Below, piece after piece: positions 1 to 13,276 of a stretch of 64,000 bases of DNA. The notes beneath the pieces are model-generated. The model was not told the origin of the DNA. It did no database searches and saw only the letters and a list, made by a program, of their open reading frames with translations. The position numbers and the translations under genes were made by a program. Positions within the stretch are counted from its first letter, which is position 1. Every line of letters starts with the position of its first letter. The stretch is from Auanema rhodensis. Lineage: Eukaryota > Animalia > Nematoda. The stretch spans positions 20,212,001 to 20,276,000 of the forward strand of contig OZ059900.1 of assembly GCA_964057225.1 (NCBI GenBank), read 5' to 3'.

Positions 1-3000
1 AACACTAGAAAAATACAAAAACACAGTATTTCCCATGAGAAATATTTTATTATGCTGGAAAACCAGTTTTTGAAAATTTCGCTGTAAACAAGGTTTTGAC
101 TTACGATTTCATGTGTTCAAACTCATGCAATGTCAGTGAAACCTAGCTCAAAATTGTTCGTACAACGTCTAGTTCCACTTTCACGACAAAAAAACAGGGG
201 TTAGAAAATTAAGGAAATTAGCATATTCTGAGGGCACGCCCCTTATGGCTAATATTGATTAAATCGATTTTTGTTCATATGAGTCGTCAAATGCAACGAA
301 TTTCAGCGTGTTACATACTAAAATGAAGCATTTTACATGTTGAACACTGGAAAAATACAAAAACACAGTATTTCCCATGAGAAATATTTTATTATGCTGG
401 AAAACCAGTTTTTGGAAATTTCGCTGTAAACAAGGTTTTGACTTACGATTTCATGTGTTCAAACTCATGCAATGTCAATGAAACCTAGCTCAAAATTGTT
501 CGTACAACGTCTAGTTCCACTTTCACGACAAAAAAACAGGGGTTAGAAAATTAAGGAAATTAGCATATTCTGAGGGCACGCCCCTTATGGCTAATATTGA
601 TTAAATCGATTTTTGTTCATATGAGTCGTCAAAAGCAACAAATTTCAGCGTGTTACATACTAAAATGAAGCATTTTACATGCTGAACACTAGAAAAATAC
701 AAAAACACAGTATTTCCCATGAGAAATATTTTATTATGCTGGAAAACCAGTTTTTGGAAATTTCGCTGTAAACAGGGTTTTGACTTACGATTTCATGTGT
801 TCAAACTCATGCAATGTCAATGAAACCTAGCTCAAGATTGTTCGTACAACGTCTAGTTCCACTTTCACGACAAAAAAACAGGGGTTAGAAAATTAAGGAA
901 ATTAGCATATTCTGAGGGCACGCCCCTTATGGATAATATTGATTAAATCGATTTTTGTTCATATGAGTCGTCAAATGCAACGAATTTCAGCGTGTTACAT
1001 ACTAAAATGAAGCATTTTACATGCTGAACACTGGAAAAATACAAAAACACAGTATTTCCCATGAGAAATATTTTATTATGCTGGAAAACCAGTTTTTGGA
1101 AATTTCGCTGTAAACAAGGTTTTGACTTACGATTTCATGTGTTCAAACTCATGCAATGTCAATGAAACCTAGCTCAAAATTGTTCGTACAACGTCTAGTT
1201 CCACTTTCACGACAAAAAAACAGGGGTTAGAAAATTAAGGAAATTAGCATATTCTGAGGGCACGCCCCTTATGGCTAATATTGATTAAATCGATTTTTGT
1301 TCATATGAGTCGTCAAATGCAACGAATTTCAGCGTGTTACATACTAAAATGAAGCATTTTACATGCTGAACACTAGAAAAATACAAAAACACAGTATTTC
1401 CCATGAGAAATATTTTATTATGCTGGAAAACCAGTTTTTGGAAATTTCGCTGTAAACAAGGTTTTGACTTACGATTTCATGTGTTCAAACTCATGCAATG
1501 TCAATGAAACCTAGCTCAAAATTATTCGTACAACGTCTAGTTCCACTTTCACGACAAAAAAACAGGGGTTAGAAAATTAAGGAAACTAGCATATTCTGAG
1601 GGCACGCCCCTTATGGCTAATATTGATTAAATCGATTTTTGTTCATATGAGTCGTCAAATGCAACGAATTTCAGCGTGTTACATACTAAAATGAAGCATT
1701 TTACATGCTGAACACTAGAAAAATACAAAAACACAGTATTTCCCATGAGAAATATTTTATTATGCTGGAAAACCAGTTTTTGGAAATTTCGCTGTAAACA
1801 AGGTTTTGACTTACGATTTCATGTGTTCAAACTCATGCAATGTCAATGAAACCTAGCTCAAAATTGTTCGTACAACGTCTAGTTCCACTTTCACGACAAA
1901 AAAACAGGGGTTAGAAAATTAGGGAAATTAGCATATTCTGAGGGCACGCCCCTTATGGCTAATATTGATTAAATCGATTTTTGTTCATATGAGTCGTCAA
2001 ATGCAACGAATTTTAGCGTGTTACATACTAAAATGAAGCATTTTACATGCTGAACACTAGAAAAATACAAAAACACAGTATTTCCCATGAGAAATATTTT
2101 ATTATGCTGGAAAACCAGTTTTTGGAAATTTCGCTGTAAACAAGGTTTTGACTTACGATTTCATGTGTTCAAACTCATGCAATGTCAATGAAACCTAGCT
2201 CAAAATTGTTCGTACAACGTCTAGTTCCACTTTCACGACAAAAAAACAGGGGTTAGAAAATTAAGGAAATTAGCATATTCTGAGGACATGCCCCTTATGG
2301 CTAATATTGATTAAATCGATTTTTGTTCATATGAGTCGTCAAATGCAACGAATTTCAGCGTGCTACATACTAAAATGAAGCATTTTACATGCTGAACACT
2401 AGAAAAATACAAAAACACAGTATTTCCCATGAGAAATATTTTATTATGCTGGAAAACCAGTTTTTGGAAATTTCGCTGTAAACAAGGTTTTGACTTACGA
2501 TTTCATGTGTTCAAACTCATGCAATGTCAATGAAGCCTAGCTCAAAATTGTTCGTACAACGTCTAGTTCCACTTTCACGACAAAAAAACAAGGGTTAGAA
2601 AATTAAGGAAATTAGCATATTCTGAGGGCACGCCCCTTATGGCTAATATTGATTAAATCGATTTTTGTTCATATGAGTCGTCAAATGCAACGAATTTCAG
2701 CGTGTTACATACTAAAATGAAGCATTTTACATGCTGAACACTAGAAAAATAAAAAAACACAGTATTTCCCATGAGAAATATTTTATTATGCTGGAAAACC
2801 AGTTTTTGGAAATTTCGCTGTAAACAAGGTTTTGACTTACGATTTCATGTGTTCAAACTCATGCAATGTCAATGAAACCTAGCTCAAAATTGTTCGTACA
2901 ACGTCTAGTTCCACTTCGACGACAAAAAAACAGGGGTTAGAAAATTAAGGAAATTAGCATATTCTGAGGGCACGCCCCTTATGGCTAATATTGATTAAAT

Positions 3001-4444
3001 CGATTTTTGTTCATATGAGTCGTCAAATGCAACGAATTTCAGCGTGTTACATACTAAAATGAAGCATTTTACATGCTAAACACTAGAAAAATACAAAAAC
3101 ACAGTATTTCCCATGAGAAATATTTTATTATGCTGGAAAACCAGTTTTTGAAAATTTCGCTGTAAACAAGGTTTTGACTTACGATTTCATGTGTTCAAAC
3201 TCATGCAATGTCAGTGAAACCTAGCTCAAAATTGTTCGTACAACGTCTAGTTCCACTTTCACGACAAAAAAACAGGGGTTAGAAAATTAGGGAAATTAGC
3301 ATATTCTGAGGGCACGCCCCTTATGGCTAATATTGATTAAATCGATTTTTGTTCATATGAGTCGTCAAATGCAACGAATTTCAGCGTGTTACATACTAAA
3401 ATGAAGCATTTTACATGCTGAACACTAGAAAAATACAAAAACACAGTATTTCCCATGAGAAATATTTTATTATGCTGGAAAACCAGTTTTTGGAAATTTC
3501 GCTGTAAACAAGGTTTTGACTTACGATTTCATGTGTTCAAACTCATGCAATGTCAATGAAACCTAGCTCAAAATTGTTCGTACAACGTCTAGTTCCACTT
3601 TCCGACAAAAAAACAGGGGTTAGAAAATTAAGGAAATTAGCATATTCTGAGGGCACGCCCCTTATGGCTAATATTGATTAAATCGATTTTTGTTCATATG
3701 AGTCGTCAAATGCAACGAATTTCAGCGTGTTACATACTAAAATGAAGCATTTTACATGCTGAACACTAGAAAAATACAAAAACACAGTATTTCCCATGAG
3801 AAATATTTTATTATGCTGGAAAACCAGTTTTTGGAAATTTCGCTGTAAACAAGGTTTTGACTTACGATTTCATGTGTTCAAACTCATGCAATGTCAATGA
3901 AACCTAGCTCAAAATTGTTCGTACAACGTCTAGTTCCACTTTCACGACAAAAAAACAAGGGTTAGAAAATTAAGGAAATTAGCATATTCTGAGGACATGC
4001 CCCTTATGGCTAATATTGATTAAATCGATTTTTGTTCATATGAGTCGTCAAATGCAACGAATTTCAGCGTGCTACATACTAAAATGAAGCATTTTACATG
4101 CTGAACACTAGAAAAATACAAAAACACAGTATTTCCCATGAGAAATATTTTATTATGCTGAAAACCAGTTTTTGGAAATTTCGCTGTAAACAAGGTTTTG
4201 ACTTACGATTTCATGTGTTCAAACTCATGCAATGTAAATGAAGCCTAGCTCAAAATTGTTCGTACAACGTCTAGTTCCACTTTCACGACAAAAAAACAGG
4301 GGTTAGAAAATTAAGGAAATTAGCATATTCTGAGGGCACGCCCCTTATGGCTAATATTGATTAAATCGATTTTTGTTCATATGAGTCGTCAAATGCAACG
4401 AATTTCAGCGTGTTACATACTAAAATGAAACATTTTACATGCTG

Positions 4445-4732
4445 AACACTAGAAAAATACAAAAACACAGTATTTCCCATGAGAAATATTTTATTATGCT
4501 GGAAAACCAGTTTTTGGAAATTTCGCTGTAAACAAGGTTTTGTCTTACGATTTCATGTGTTCAAACTCATGCAATGTCAATGAAACCTAGCTCAAAATTG
4601 TTCGTACAACGTCTAGTTCCACTTTCACGACAAAAAAACAGGGGTTAGAAAATTAAGGAAATTAGCATATGAGTCGTCAAATGCAACGAATTTCAGCGTG
4701 TTACATACTAAAATGAAACATTTTACATGCTG
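4445..4732 (+). repeat. Truncated 288-bp monomer (54-bp internal deletion)
   Basis: ATTAGCATAT is joined directly to GAGTCGTCAA at 4661-4680. Consensus has CATAT at monomer positions 222-226 and 276-280; one copy and the intervening sequence are lost. Confidence 0.97.
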
Positions 4733-5416
4733 AACACTAGAAAAATACAAAAACACAGTATTTCCCATGAGAAATATTTTATTATGCTGGAAAACCAGTT
4801 TTTGGAAATTTCGCTGTAAACAAGGTTTTGACTTACGATTTCATGTGTTCAAACTCATGCAATGTCAATGAAACCTAGCTCAAAATTGTTCGTACAACGT
4901 CTGGTTCCACTTTCACGACAAAAAAACAGGGGTTAGAAAATTAAGGAAATTAGCATATTCTGAGGGCACGCCCCTTATGGCTAATATTGATTAAATCGAT
5001 TTTTGTTCATATGAGTCGTCAAATGCAACGAATTTCAGCGTGTTACATACTAAAATGAAGCATTTTACATGCTGAACACTAAAAAAATACAAAAACACAG
5101 TATTTCCCATGAGAAATATTTTATTATGCTGGAAAACCAGTTTTTGGAAATTTCGCTGTAAACAAGGTTTTGACTTACGATTTCATGTGTTCAAACTCAT
5201 GCAATGTCAATGAAACCTAGCTCAAAATTGTTCGTACAACGTCTAGTTCCACTTTCACGACAAAAAAACAGGGGTTAGAAAATTAAGGAAATTAGCATAT
5301 TCTGAGGGCACGCCCCTTATGGCTAATATTGATTAAATCGATTTTTGTTCATATGAGTCGTCAAATGCAACGAATTTCAGCTTGTTACATACTAAAATGA
5401 AGGATTTTACATGCTG

Positions 5417-5758
5417 AACACTAGAAAAATACAAAAACACAGTATTTCCCATGAGAAATATTTTATTATGCTGGAAAACCAGTTTTTGGAAATTTCGCTG
5501 TAAACAAGGTTTTGACTTACGATTTCATGTGTTCAAACTCATGCAATGTCAATGAAACCTAGCTCAAAATTGTTCGTACAACGTCTAGTTCCACTTTCAC
5601 GACAAAAAAACAGGGGTTAGAAAATTAAGGAAATTAGCATATTCTGAGGGCACGCCCCTTATGGCTAATATTGATTAAATCGATTTTTGTTCATATGAGT
5701 CGTCAAATGCAACGAATTTCAGCGTGTTACATACTAAAATGAAGCATTTTACATGCTG
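5417..5758 (+). repeat. Representative consensus 342-bp monomer (copy 17)
   Basis: Carries none of the recurrent variants by eye. Hand count 59 C + 57 G of 342 (~34% GC), 10 CpG, numerous A/T tracts, single ClaI (ATCGAT) and NdeI (CATATG) sites. Confidence 0.93.
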
Positions 5759-6442
5759 AACACTAGAAAAATACAAAAACACAGTATTTCCCATGAGAAA
5801 TATTTTATTATGCTGGAAAACCAGTTTTTGGAAATTTCGCTGTAAACAAGGTTTTGACTTACGATTTCATGTGTTCAAACTCATGCAATGTCAATGAAGC
5901 CTAGCTCAAAATTGTTCGTACAACGTCTAGTTCCACTTTCACGACAAAAAAACAAGGGTTAGAAAATTAAGGAAATTAGCATATTCTGAGGGCACGCCCC
6001 TTATGGCTAATATTGATTAAATCGATTTTTGTTCATATGAGTCGTCAAATGCAACAAATTTCAGCGTGTTACATACTAAAATGAAGCATTTTACATGCTG
6101 AACACTAGAAAAATACAAAAACACAGTATTTCCCATGAGAAATATTTTATTATGCTGGAAAACCAGTTTTTGGAAATTTCGCTGTAAACAAGGTTTTGAC
6201 TTACGATTTCATGTGTTCAAACTCATGCAATGTCAATGAAACCTAGCTCAAAATTGTTCGTACAACGTCTAGTTCCACTTTCACGACAAAAAAACAGGGG
6301 TTAGAAAATTAGGGAAATTAGCATATTCTGAGGGCACGCCCCTTATGGCTAATATTGATTAAATCGATTTTTGTTCATATGAATCGTCAAATGCAACGAA
6401 TTTCAGCGTGTTACATACTAAAATGAAGCATTTTACATGCTG

Positions 6443-9400
6443 AACACTAGAAAAATACAAAAACACAGTATTTCCCATGAGAAATATTTTATTATGCTGG
6501 AAAACCAGTTTTTGGAAATTTCGCTGTAAACAAGGTTTTGACTTACGATTTCATGTGTTCAAACTCATGCAATGTCAATGAAACCTAGCTCAAAATTGTT
6601 CGTACAACGTCTAGTTCCACTTTCACGACAAAAAAACAGGGGTTAGAAAATTAAGGAAATTAGCATATTCTGAGGGCACGCCCCTTATGGCTAATATTGA
6701 TTAAATCGATTTTTGTTCATATGAGTCGTCAAATGCAACGAATTTCAGCGTGTTACATACTAAAATGAAGCATTTTACATGCTGAACACTAGAAAAATAC
6801 AAAAACACAGTATTTCCCATGAGAAATATTTTATTATGCTGGAAAACCAGTTTTTGAAAATTTCGCTGTAAACAAGGTTTTGACTTACGATTTCATGTGT
6901 TCAAACTCATGCAATGTCAATGAAACCTAGCTCAAAATTGTTCGTACAACGTCTAGTTCCACTTTCACGACAAAAAAACAGGGGTTAGAAAATTAGGGAA
7001 ATTAGCATATTCTGAGGGCACGCCCCTTATGGCTAATATTGATTAAATCGATTTTTGTTCATATGAGTCGTCAAATGCAACGAATTTCAGCGTGTTACAT
7101 ACTAAAATGAAGCATTTTACATGCTGAACACTAGAAAAATACAAAAACACAGTATTTCCCATGAGAAATATTTTATTATGCTGGAAAACCAGTTTTTGGA
7201 AATTTCGCTGTAAACAAGGTTTTGACTTACGATTTCATGTGTTCAAACTCATGCAATGTCAATGAAACCTAGCTCAAAATTGTTCGTACAACGTCTAGTT
7301 CCACTTTCCGACAAAAAAACAGGGGTTAGAAAATTAAGGAAATTAGCATATTCTGAGGGCACGCCCCTTATGGCTAATATTGATTAAATCGATTTTTGTT
7401 CATATGAGTCGTCAAATGCAACGAATTTCAGCGTGTTACATACTAAAATGAAGCATTTTACATGCTGAACACTAAAAAAATACAAAAACACAGTATTTCC
7501 CATGAGAAATATTTTATTATGCTGGAAAACCAGTTTTTGGAAATTTCGCTGTAAACAAGGTTTTGACTTACGATTTCATGTGTTCAAACTCATGCAATGT
7601 CAATGAAACCTAGCTCAAAATTGTTCGTACAACGTCTAGTTCCACTTTCACGACAAAAAAACAGGGGTTAGAAAATTAAGGAAATTAGCATATTCTGAGG
7701 ACATGCCCCTTATGGCTAATATTGATTAAATCGATTTTTGTTCATATGAGTCGTCAAATGCAACGAATTTCAGCGTGCTACATACTAAAATGAAGCATTT
7801 TACATGCTGAACACTAGAAAAATACAAAAACACAGTATTTCCCATGAGAAATATTTTATTATGCTGAAAACCAGTTTTTGGAAATTTCGCTGTAAACAAG
7901 GTTTTGACTTACGATTTCATGTGTTCAAACTCATGCAATGTCAATGAAGCCTAGCTCAAAATTGTTCGTACAACGTCTAGTTCCACTTTCACGACAAAAA
8001 AACAAGGGTTAGAAAATTAAGGAAATTAGCATATTCTGAGGGCACGCCCCTTATGGCTAATATTGATTAAATCGATTTTTGTTCATATGAGTCGTCAAAT
8101 GCAACGAATTTCAGCGTGTTACATACTAAAATGAAGCATTTTACATGCTGAACACTAGAAAAATAAAAAAACACAGTATTTCCCATGAGAAATATTTTAT
8201 TATGCTGGAAAACCAGTTTTTGGAAATTTCGCTGTAAGCAAGGTTTTGACTTACGATTTCATGTGTTCAAACTCATGCAATGTCAATGAAACCTAGCTCA
8301 AAATTGTTCGTACAACGTCTAGTTCCACTTTCACGACAAAAAAACAGGGGTTAGAAAATTAGGGAAATTAGCATATTCTGAGGGCACGCCCCTATGGCTA
8401 ATATTGATTAAATCGATTTTTGTTCATATGAGTCGTCAAATGCAACGAATTTCAGCGTGTTACATACTAAAATGAAGCATTTTACATGCTAAACACTAGA
8501 AAAATACAAAAACACAGTATTTCCCATGAGAAATATTTTATTATGCTGGAAAACCAGTTTTTGAAAATTTCGCTGTAAACAAGGTTTTGACTTACGATTT
8601 CATGTGTTCAAACTCATGCAATGTCAATGAAACCTAGCTCAAAATTGTTCGTACAACGTCTAGTTCCACTTTCACGACAAAAAAACAGGGGTTAGAAAAT
8701 TAGGGAAATTAGCATATTCTGAGGGCACGCCCCTTATGGCTAATATTGATTAAATCGATTTTTGTTCATATGAATCGTCAAATGCAACGAATTTCAGCGT
8801 GTTACATACTAAAATGAAGCATTTTACATGCTGAACACTAGAAAAATACAAAAACACAGTATTTCCCATGAGAAATATTTTATTATGCTGGAAAACCAGT
8901 TTTTGGAAATTTCGCTGTAAACCAGGTTTTGACTTACGATTTCATGTGTTCAAACTCATGCAATGTCAATGAAACCTAGCTCAAAATTGTTCGTACAACG
9001 TCTAGTTCCACTTTCACGACAAAAAAACAGGGGTTAGAAAATTAAGGAAATTAGCATATTCTGAGGGCACGCCCCTTATGGCTAATATTGATTAAATCGA
9101 TTTTTGTTCATATGAGTCGTCAAATGCAACGAATTTCAGCGTGTTACATACTAAAATGAAACATTTTACATGCTGAACACTAGAAAAATACAAAAACACA
9201 GTATTTCCCATGAGAAATATTTTATTATGCTGGAAAACCAGTTTTTGGAAATTTCGCTGTAAACAAGGTTTTGACTTACGATTTCATGTGTTCAAACTCA
9301 TGCAATGTCAATGAAACCTAGCTCAAAATTGTTCGTACAACGTCTAGTTCCACTTTCACGACAAAAAAACAGGGGTTAGAAAATTAAGGAAATTAGCATA

Positions 9401-12400
9401 TTCTGAGGGCACGCCCCTTATGGCTAATATTGATTAAATCGATTTTTGTTCATATGAGTCGTCAAATGCAACGAATTTCAGCGTGTTACATACTAAAATG
9501 AAGCATTTTACATGCTGAACACTAGAAAAATACAAAAACACAGTATTTCCCATGAGAAATATTTTATTATGCTGGAAAACCAGTTTTTGGAAATTTCGCT
9601 GTAAACAAGGTTTTGACTTACGATTTCATGTGTTCAAACTCATGCAATGTCAATGAAACCTAGCTCAAAATTGTTCGTACAACGTCTGGTTCCACTTTCA
9701 CGACAAAAAAACAGGGGTTAGAAAATTAAGGAAATTAGCATATTCTGAGGGCACGCCCCTTATGGCTAATATTGATTAAATCGATTTTTGTTCATATGAG
9801 TCGTCAAATGCAACGAATTTCAGCGTGTTACATACTAAAATGAAGCATTTTACATGCTGAACACTAGAAAAATACAAAAACACAGTATTTCCCATGAGAA
9901 ATATTTTATTATGCTGGAAAACCAGTTTTTGGAAATTTCGCTGTAAACAAGGTTTTGACTTACGATTTCATGTGTTCAAACTCATGCAATGTCAATGAAA
10001 CCTAGCTCAAAATTGTTCGTACAACGTCTAGTTCCACTTTCACGACAAAAAAACAGGGGTTAGAAAATTAAGGAAATTAGCATATTCTGAGGGCACGCCC
10101 CTTATGGCTAATATTGATTAAATCGATTTTTGTTCATATGAGTCGTCAAATGCAACGAATTTCAGCGTGTTACATACTAAAATGAAGCATTTTACATGCT
10201 GAACACTAGAAAAATACAAAAACACAGTATTTCCCATGAGAAATATTTTATTATGCTGGAAAACCAGTTTTTGAAAATTTCGCTGTAAACAAGGTTTTGA
10301 CTTACGATTTCATGTGTTCAAACTCATGCAATGTCAATGAAACCTAGCTCAAAATTGTTCGTACAACGTCTAGTTCCACTTTCACGACAAAAAAACAGGG
10401 GTTAGAAAATTAGGGAAATTAGCATATTCTGAGGGCACGCCCCTTATGGCTAATATTGATTAAATCGATTTTTGTTCATATGAGTCGTCAAATGCAACGA
10501 ATTTCAGCGTGTTACATACTAAAATGAAGCATTTTACATGCTGAACACTAGAAAAATACAAAAACACAGTATTTCCCATGAGAAATATTTTATTATGCTG
10601 GAAAACCAGTTTTTGGAAATTTCGCTGTAAACAAGGTTTTGACTTACGATTTCATGTGTTCAAACTCATGCAATGTCAATGAAACCTAGCTCAAAATTGT
10701 TCGTACAACGTCTAGTTCCACTTTCCGACAAAAAAACAGGGGTTAGAAAATTAAGGAAATTAGCATATTCTGAGGGCACGCCCCTTATGGCTAATATTGA
10801 TTAAATCGATTTTTGTTCATATGAGTCGTCAAATGCAACGAATTTCAGCGTGTTACATACTAAAATGAAGCATTTTACATGCTGAACACTAAAAAAATAC
10901 AAAAACACAGTATTTCCCATGAGAAATATTTTATTATGCTGGAAAACCAGTTTTTGGAAATTTCGCTGTAAACAAGGTTTTGACTTACGATTTCATGTGT
11001 TCAAACTCATGCAATGTCAATGAAACCTAGCTCAAAATTGTTCGTACAACGTCTAGTTCCACTTTCACGACAAAAAAACAGGGGTTAGAAAATTAAGGAA
11101 ATTAGCATATTCTGAGGACATGCCCCTTATGGCTAATATTGATTAAATCGATTTTTGTTCATATGAGTCGTCAAATGCAACGAATTTCAGCGTGCTACAT
11201 ACTAAAATGAAGCATTTTACATGCTGAACACTAGAAAAATACAAAAACACAGTATTTCCCATGAGAAATATTTTATTATGCTGAAAACCAGTTTTTGGAA
11301 ATTTCGCTGTAAACAAGGTTTTGACTTACGATTTCATGTGTTCAAACTCATGCAATGTCAATGAAGCCTAGCTCAAAATTGTTCGTACAACGTCTAGTTC
11401 CACTTTCACGACAAAAAAACAAGGGTTAGAAAATTAAGGAAATTAGCATATTCTGAGGGCACGCCCCTTATGGCTAATATTGATTAAATCGATTTTTGTT
11501 CATATGAGTCGTCAAATGCAACGAATTTCAGCGTGTTACATACTAAAATGAAGCATTTTACATGCTGAACACTAGAAAAATAAAAAAACACAGTATTTCC
11601 CATGAGAAATATTTTATTATGCTGGAAAACCAGTTTTTGGAAATTTCGCTGTAAGCAAGGTTTTGACTTACGATTTCATGTGTTCAAACTCATGCAATGT
11701 CAATGAAACCTAGCTCAAAATTGTTCGTACAACGTCTAGTTCCACTTTCACGACAAAAAAACAGGGGTTAGAAAATTAGGGAAATTAGCATATTCTGAGG
11801 GCACGCCCCTATGGCTAATATTGATTAAATCGATTTTTGTTCATATGAGTCGTCAAATGCAACGAATTTCAGCGTGTTACATACTAAAATGAAGCATTTT
11901 ACATGCTAAACACTAGAAAAATACAAAAACACAGTATTTCCCATGAGAAATATTTTATTATGCTGGAAAACCAGTTTTTGAAAATTTCGCTGTAAACAAG
12001 GTTTTGACTTACGATTTCATGTGTTCAAACTCATGCAATGTCAATGAAACCTAGCTCAAAATTGTTCGTACAACGTCTAGTTCCACTTTCACGACAAAAA
12101 AACAGGGGTTAGAAAATTAGGGAAATTAGCATATTCTGAGGGCACGCCCCTTATGGCTAATATTGATTAAATCGATTTTTGTTCATATGAATCGTCAAAT
12201 GCAACGAATTTCAGCGTGTTACATACTAAAATGAAGCATTTTACATGCTGAACACTAGAAAAATACAAAAACACAGTATTTCCCATGAGAAATATTTTAT
12301 TATGCTGGAAAACCAGTTTTTGGAAATTTCGCTGTAAACCAGGTTTTGACTTACGATTTCATGTGTTCAAACTCATGCAATGTCAATGAAACCTAGCTCA

Positions 12401-13276
12401 AAATTGTTCGTACAACGTCTAGTTCCACTTTCACGACAAAAAAACAGGGGTTAGAAAATTAAGGAAATTAGCATATTCTGAGGGCACGCCCCTTATGGCT
12501 AATATTGATTAAATCGATTTTTGTTCATATGAGTCGTCAAATGCAACGAATTTCAGCGTGTTACATACTAAAATGAAACATTTTACATGCTGAACACTAG
12601 AAAAATACAAAAACACAGTATTTCCCATGAGAAATATTTTATTATGCTGGAAAACCAGTTTTTGGAAATTTCGCTGTAAACAAGGTTTTGACTTACGATT
12701 TCATGTGTTCAAACTCATGCAATGTCAATGAAACCTAGCTCAAAATTGTTCGTACAACGTCTAGTTCCACTTTCACGACAAAAAAACAGGGGTTAGAAAA
12801 TTAAGGAAATTAGCATATTCTGAGGGCACGCCCCTTATGGCTAATATTGATTAAATCGATTTTTGTTCATATGAGTCGTCAAATGCAACGAATTTCAGCG
12901 TGTTACATACTAAAATGAAGCATTTTACATGCTGAACACTAGAAAAATACAAAAACACAGTATTTCCCATGAGAAATATTTTATTATGCTGGAAAACCAG
13001 TTTTTGGAAATTTCGCTGTAAACAAGGTTTTGACTTACGATTTCATGTGTTCAAACTCATGCAATGTCAATGAAACCTAGCTCAAAATTGTTCGTACAAC
13101 GTCTGGTTCCACTTTCACGACAAAAAAACAGGGGTTAGAAAATTAAGGAAATTAGCATATTCTGAGGGCACGCCCCTTATGGCTAATATTGATTAAATCG
13201 ATTTTTGTTCATATGAGTCGTCAAATGCAACGAATTTCAGCGTGTTACATACTAAAATGAAGCATTTTACATGCTG
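6443..13276 (+). repeat. 10-monomer tandem duplication, period 3417 bp
   Basis: The ordered variant series (TTTCCG 1-bp deletion; GGACATG+GTGCTA; TGCTGAAAA deletion+AAGCCT+CAAGGG; TAAGCA+CCCCTAT deletion; AACCAGG; CTGGTT) recurs 3417 bp later, e.g. monomers at 7127 and 10544, 8151 and 11568. Confidence 0.93.

Noticed and set aside
156-172. Second CENP-B-like motif GTTCGTACAACGTCTAG
   Set aside because: Only 5 of 9 core positions match; the CGGG half is missing.
197-214. Telomeric repeat (GGGTTAG / TTAGGG / GGGTTTAG) or G-quadruplex
   Set aside because: Isolated single words rather than tandem repeats. At most three G-runs of 3 or more on the + strand per monomer, with long loops.
1-342. 5S rRNA, tRNA or snRNA tandem gene unit
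   Set aside because: No recognisable 5S, cloverleaf, or Pol III A/B/C box sequence, and the unit is too AT-rich. An Rfam cmscan would settle it.
1-342. Primate alpha-satellite dimer (2x171 bp)
   Set aside because: The length coincides, but I see no alpha-satellite sequence similarity beyond the partial CENP-B-like word.
1-342. Phased A-tracts implying intrinsic curvature
   Set aside because: A/T tracts are abundant and roughly 10 bp apart at 67-121, but phasing across the monomer is not convincing by eye and needs curvature modelling.
259-378. Minus-strand ORF of ~39 codons (MGNTVFLYF...)
   Set aside because: Too short, no homology recognised, and it simply recurs with the satellite.
337-429. 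Short + strand ORF MLNTRKIQKHSISHEKYFIMLENQFLEISL (30 aa in consensus) across the monomer junction
   Set aside because: Chance-length ORF with no recognisable motif. Although 342 is divisible by 3, stops interrupt the frames I translated, so there is no repeat-protein ORF.
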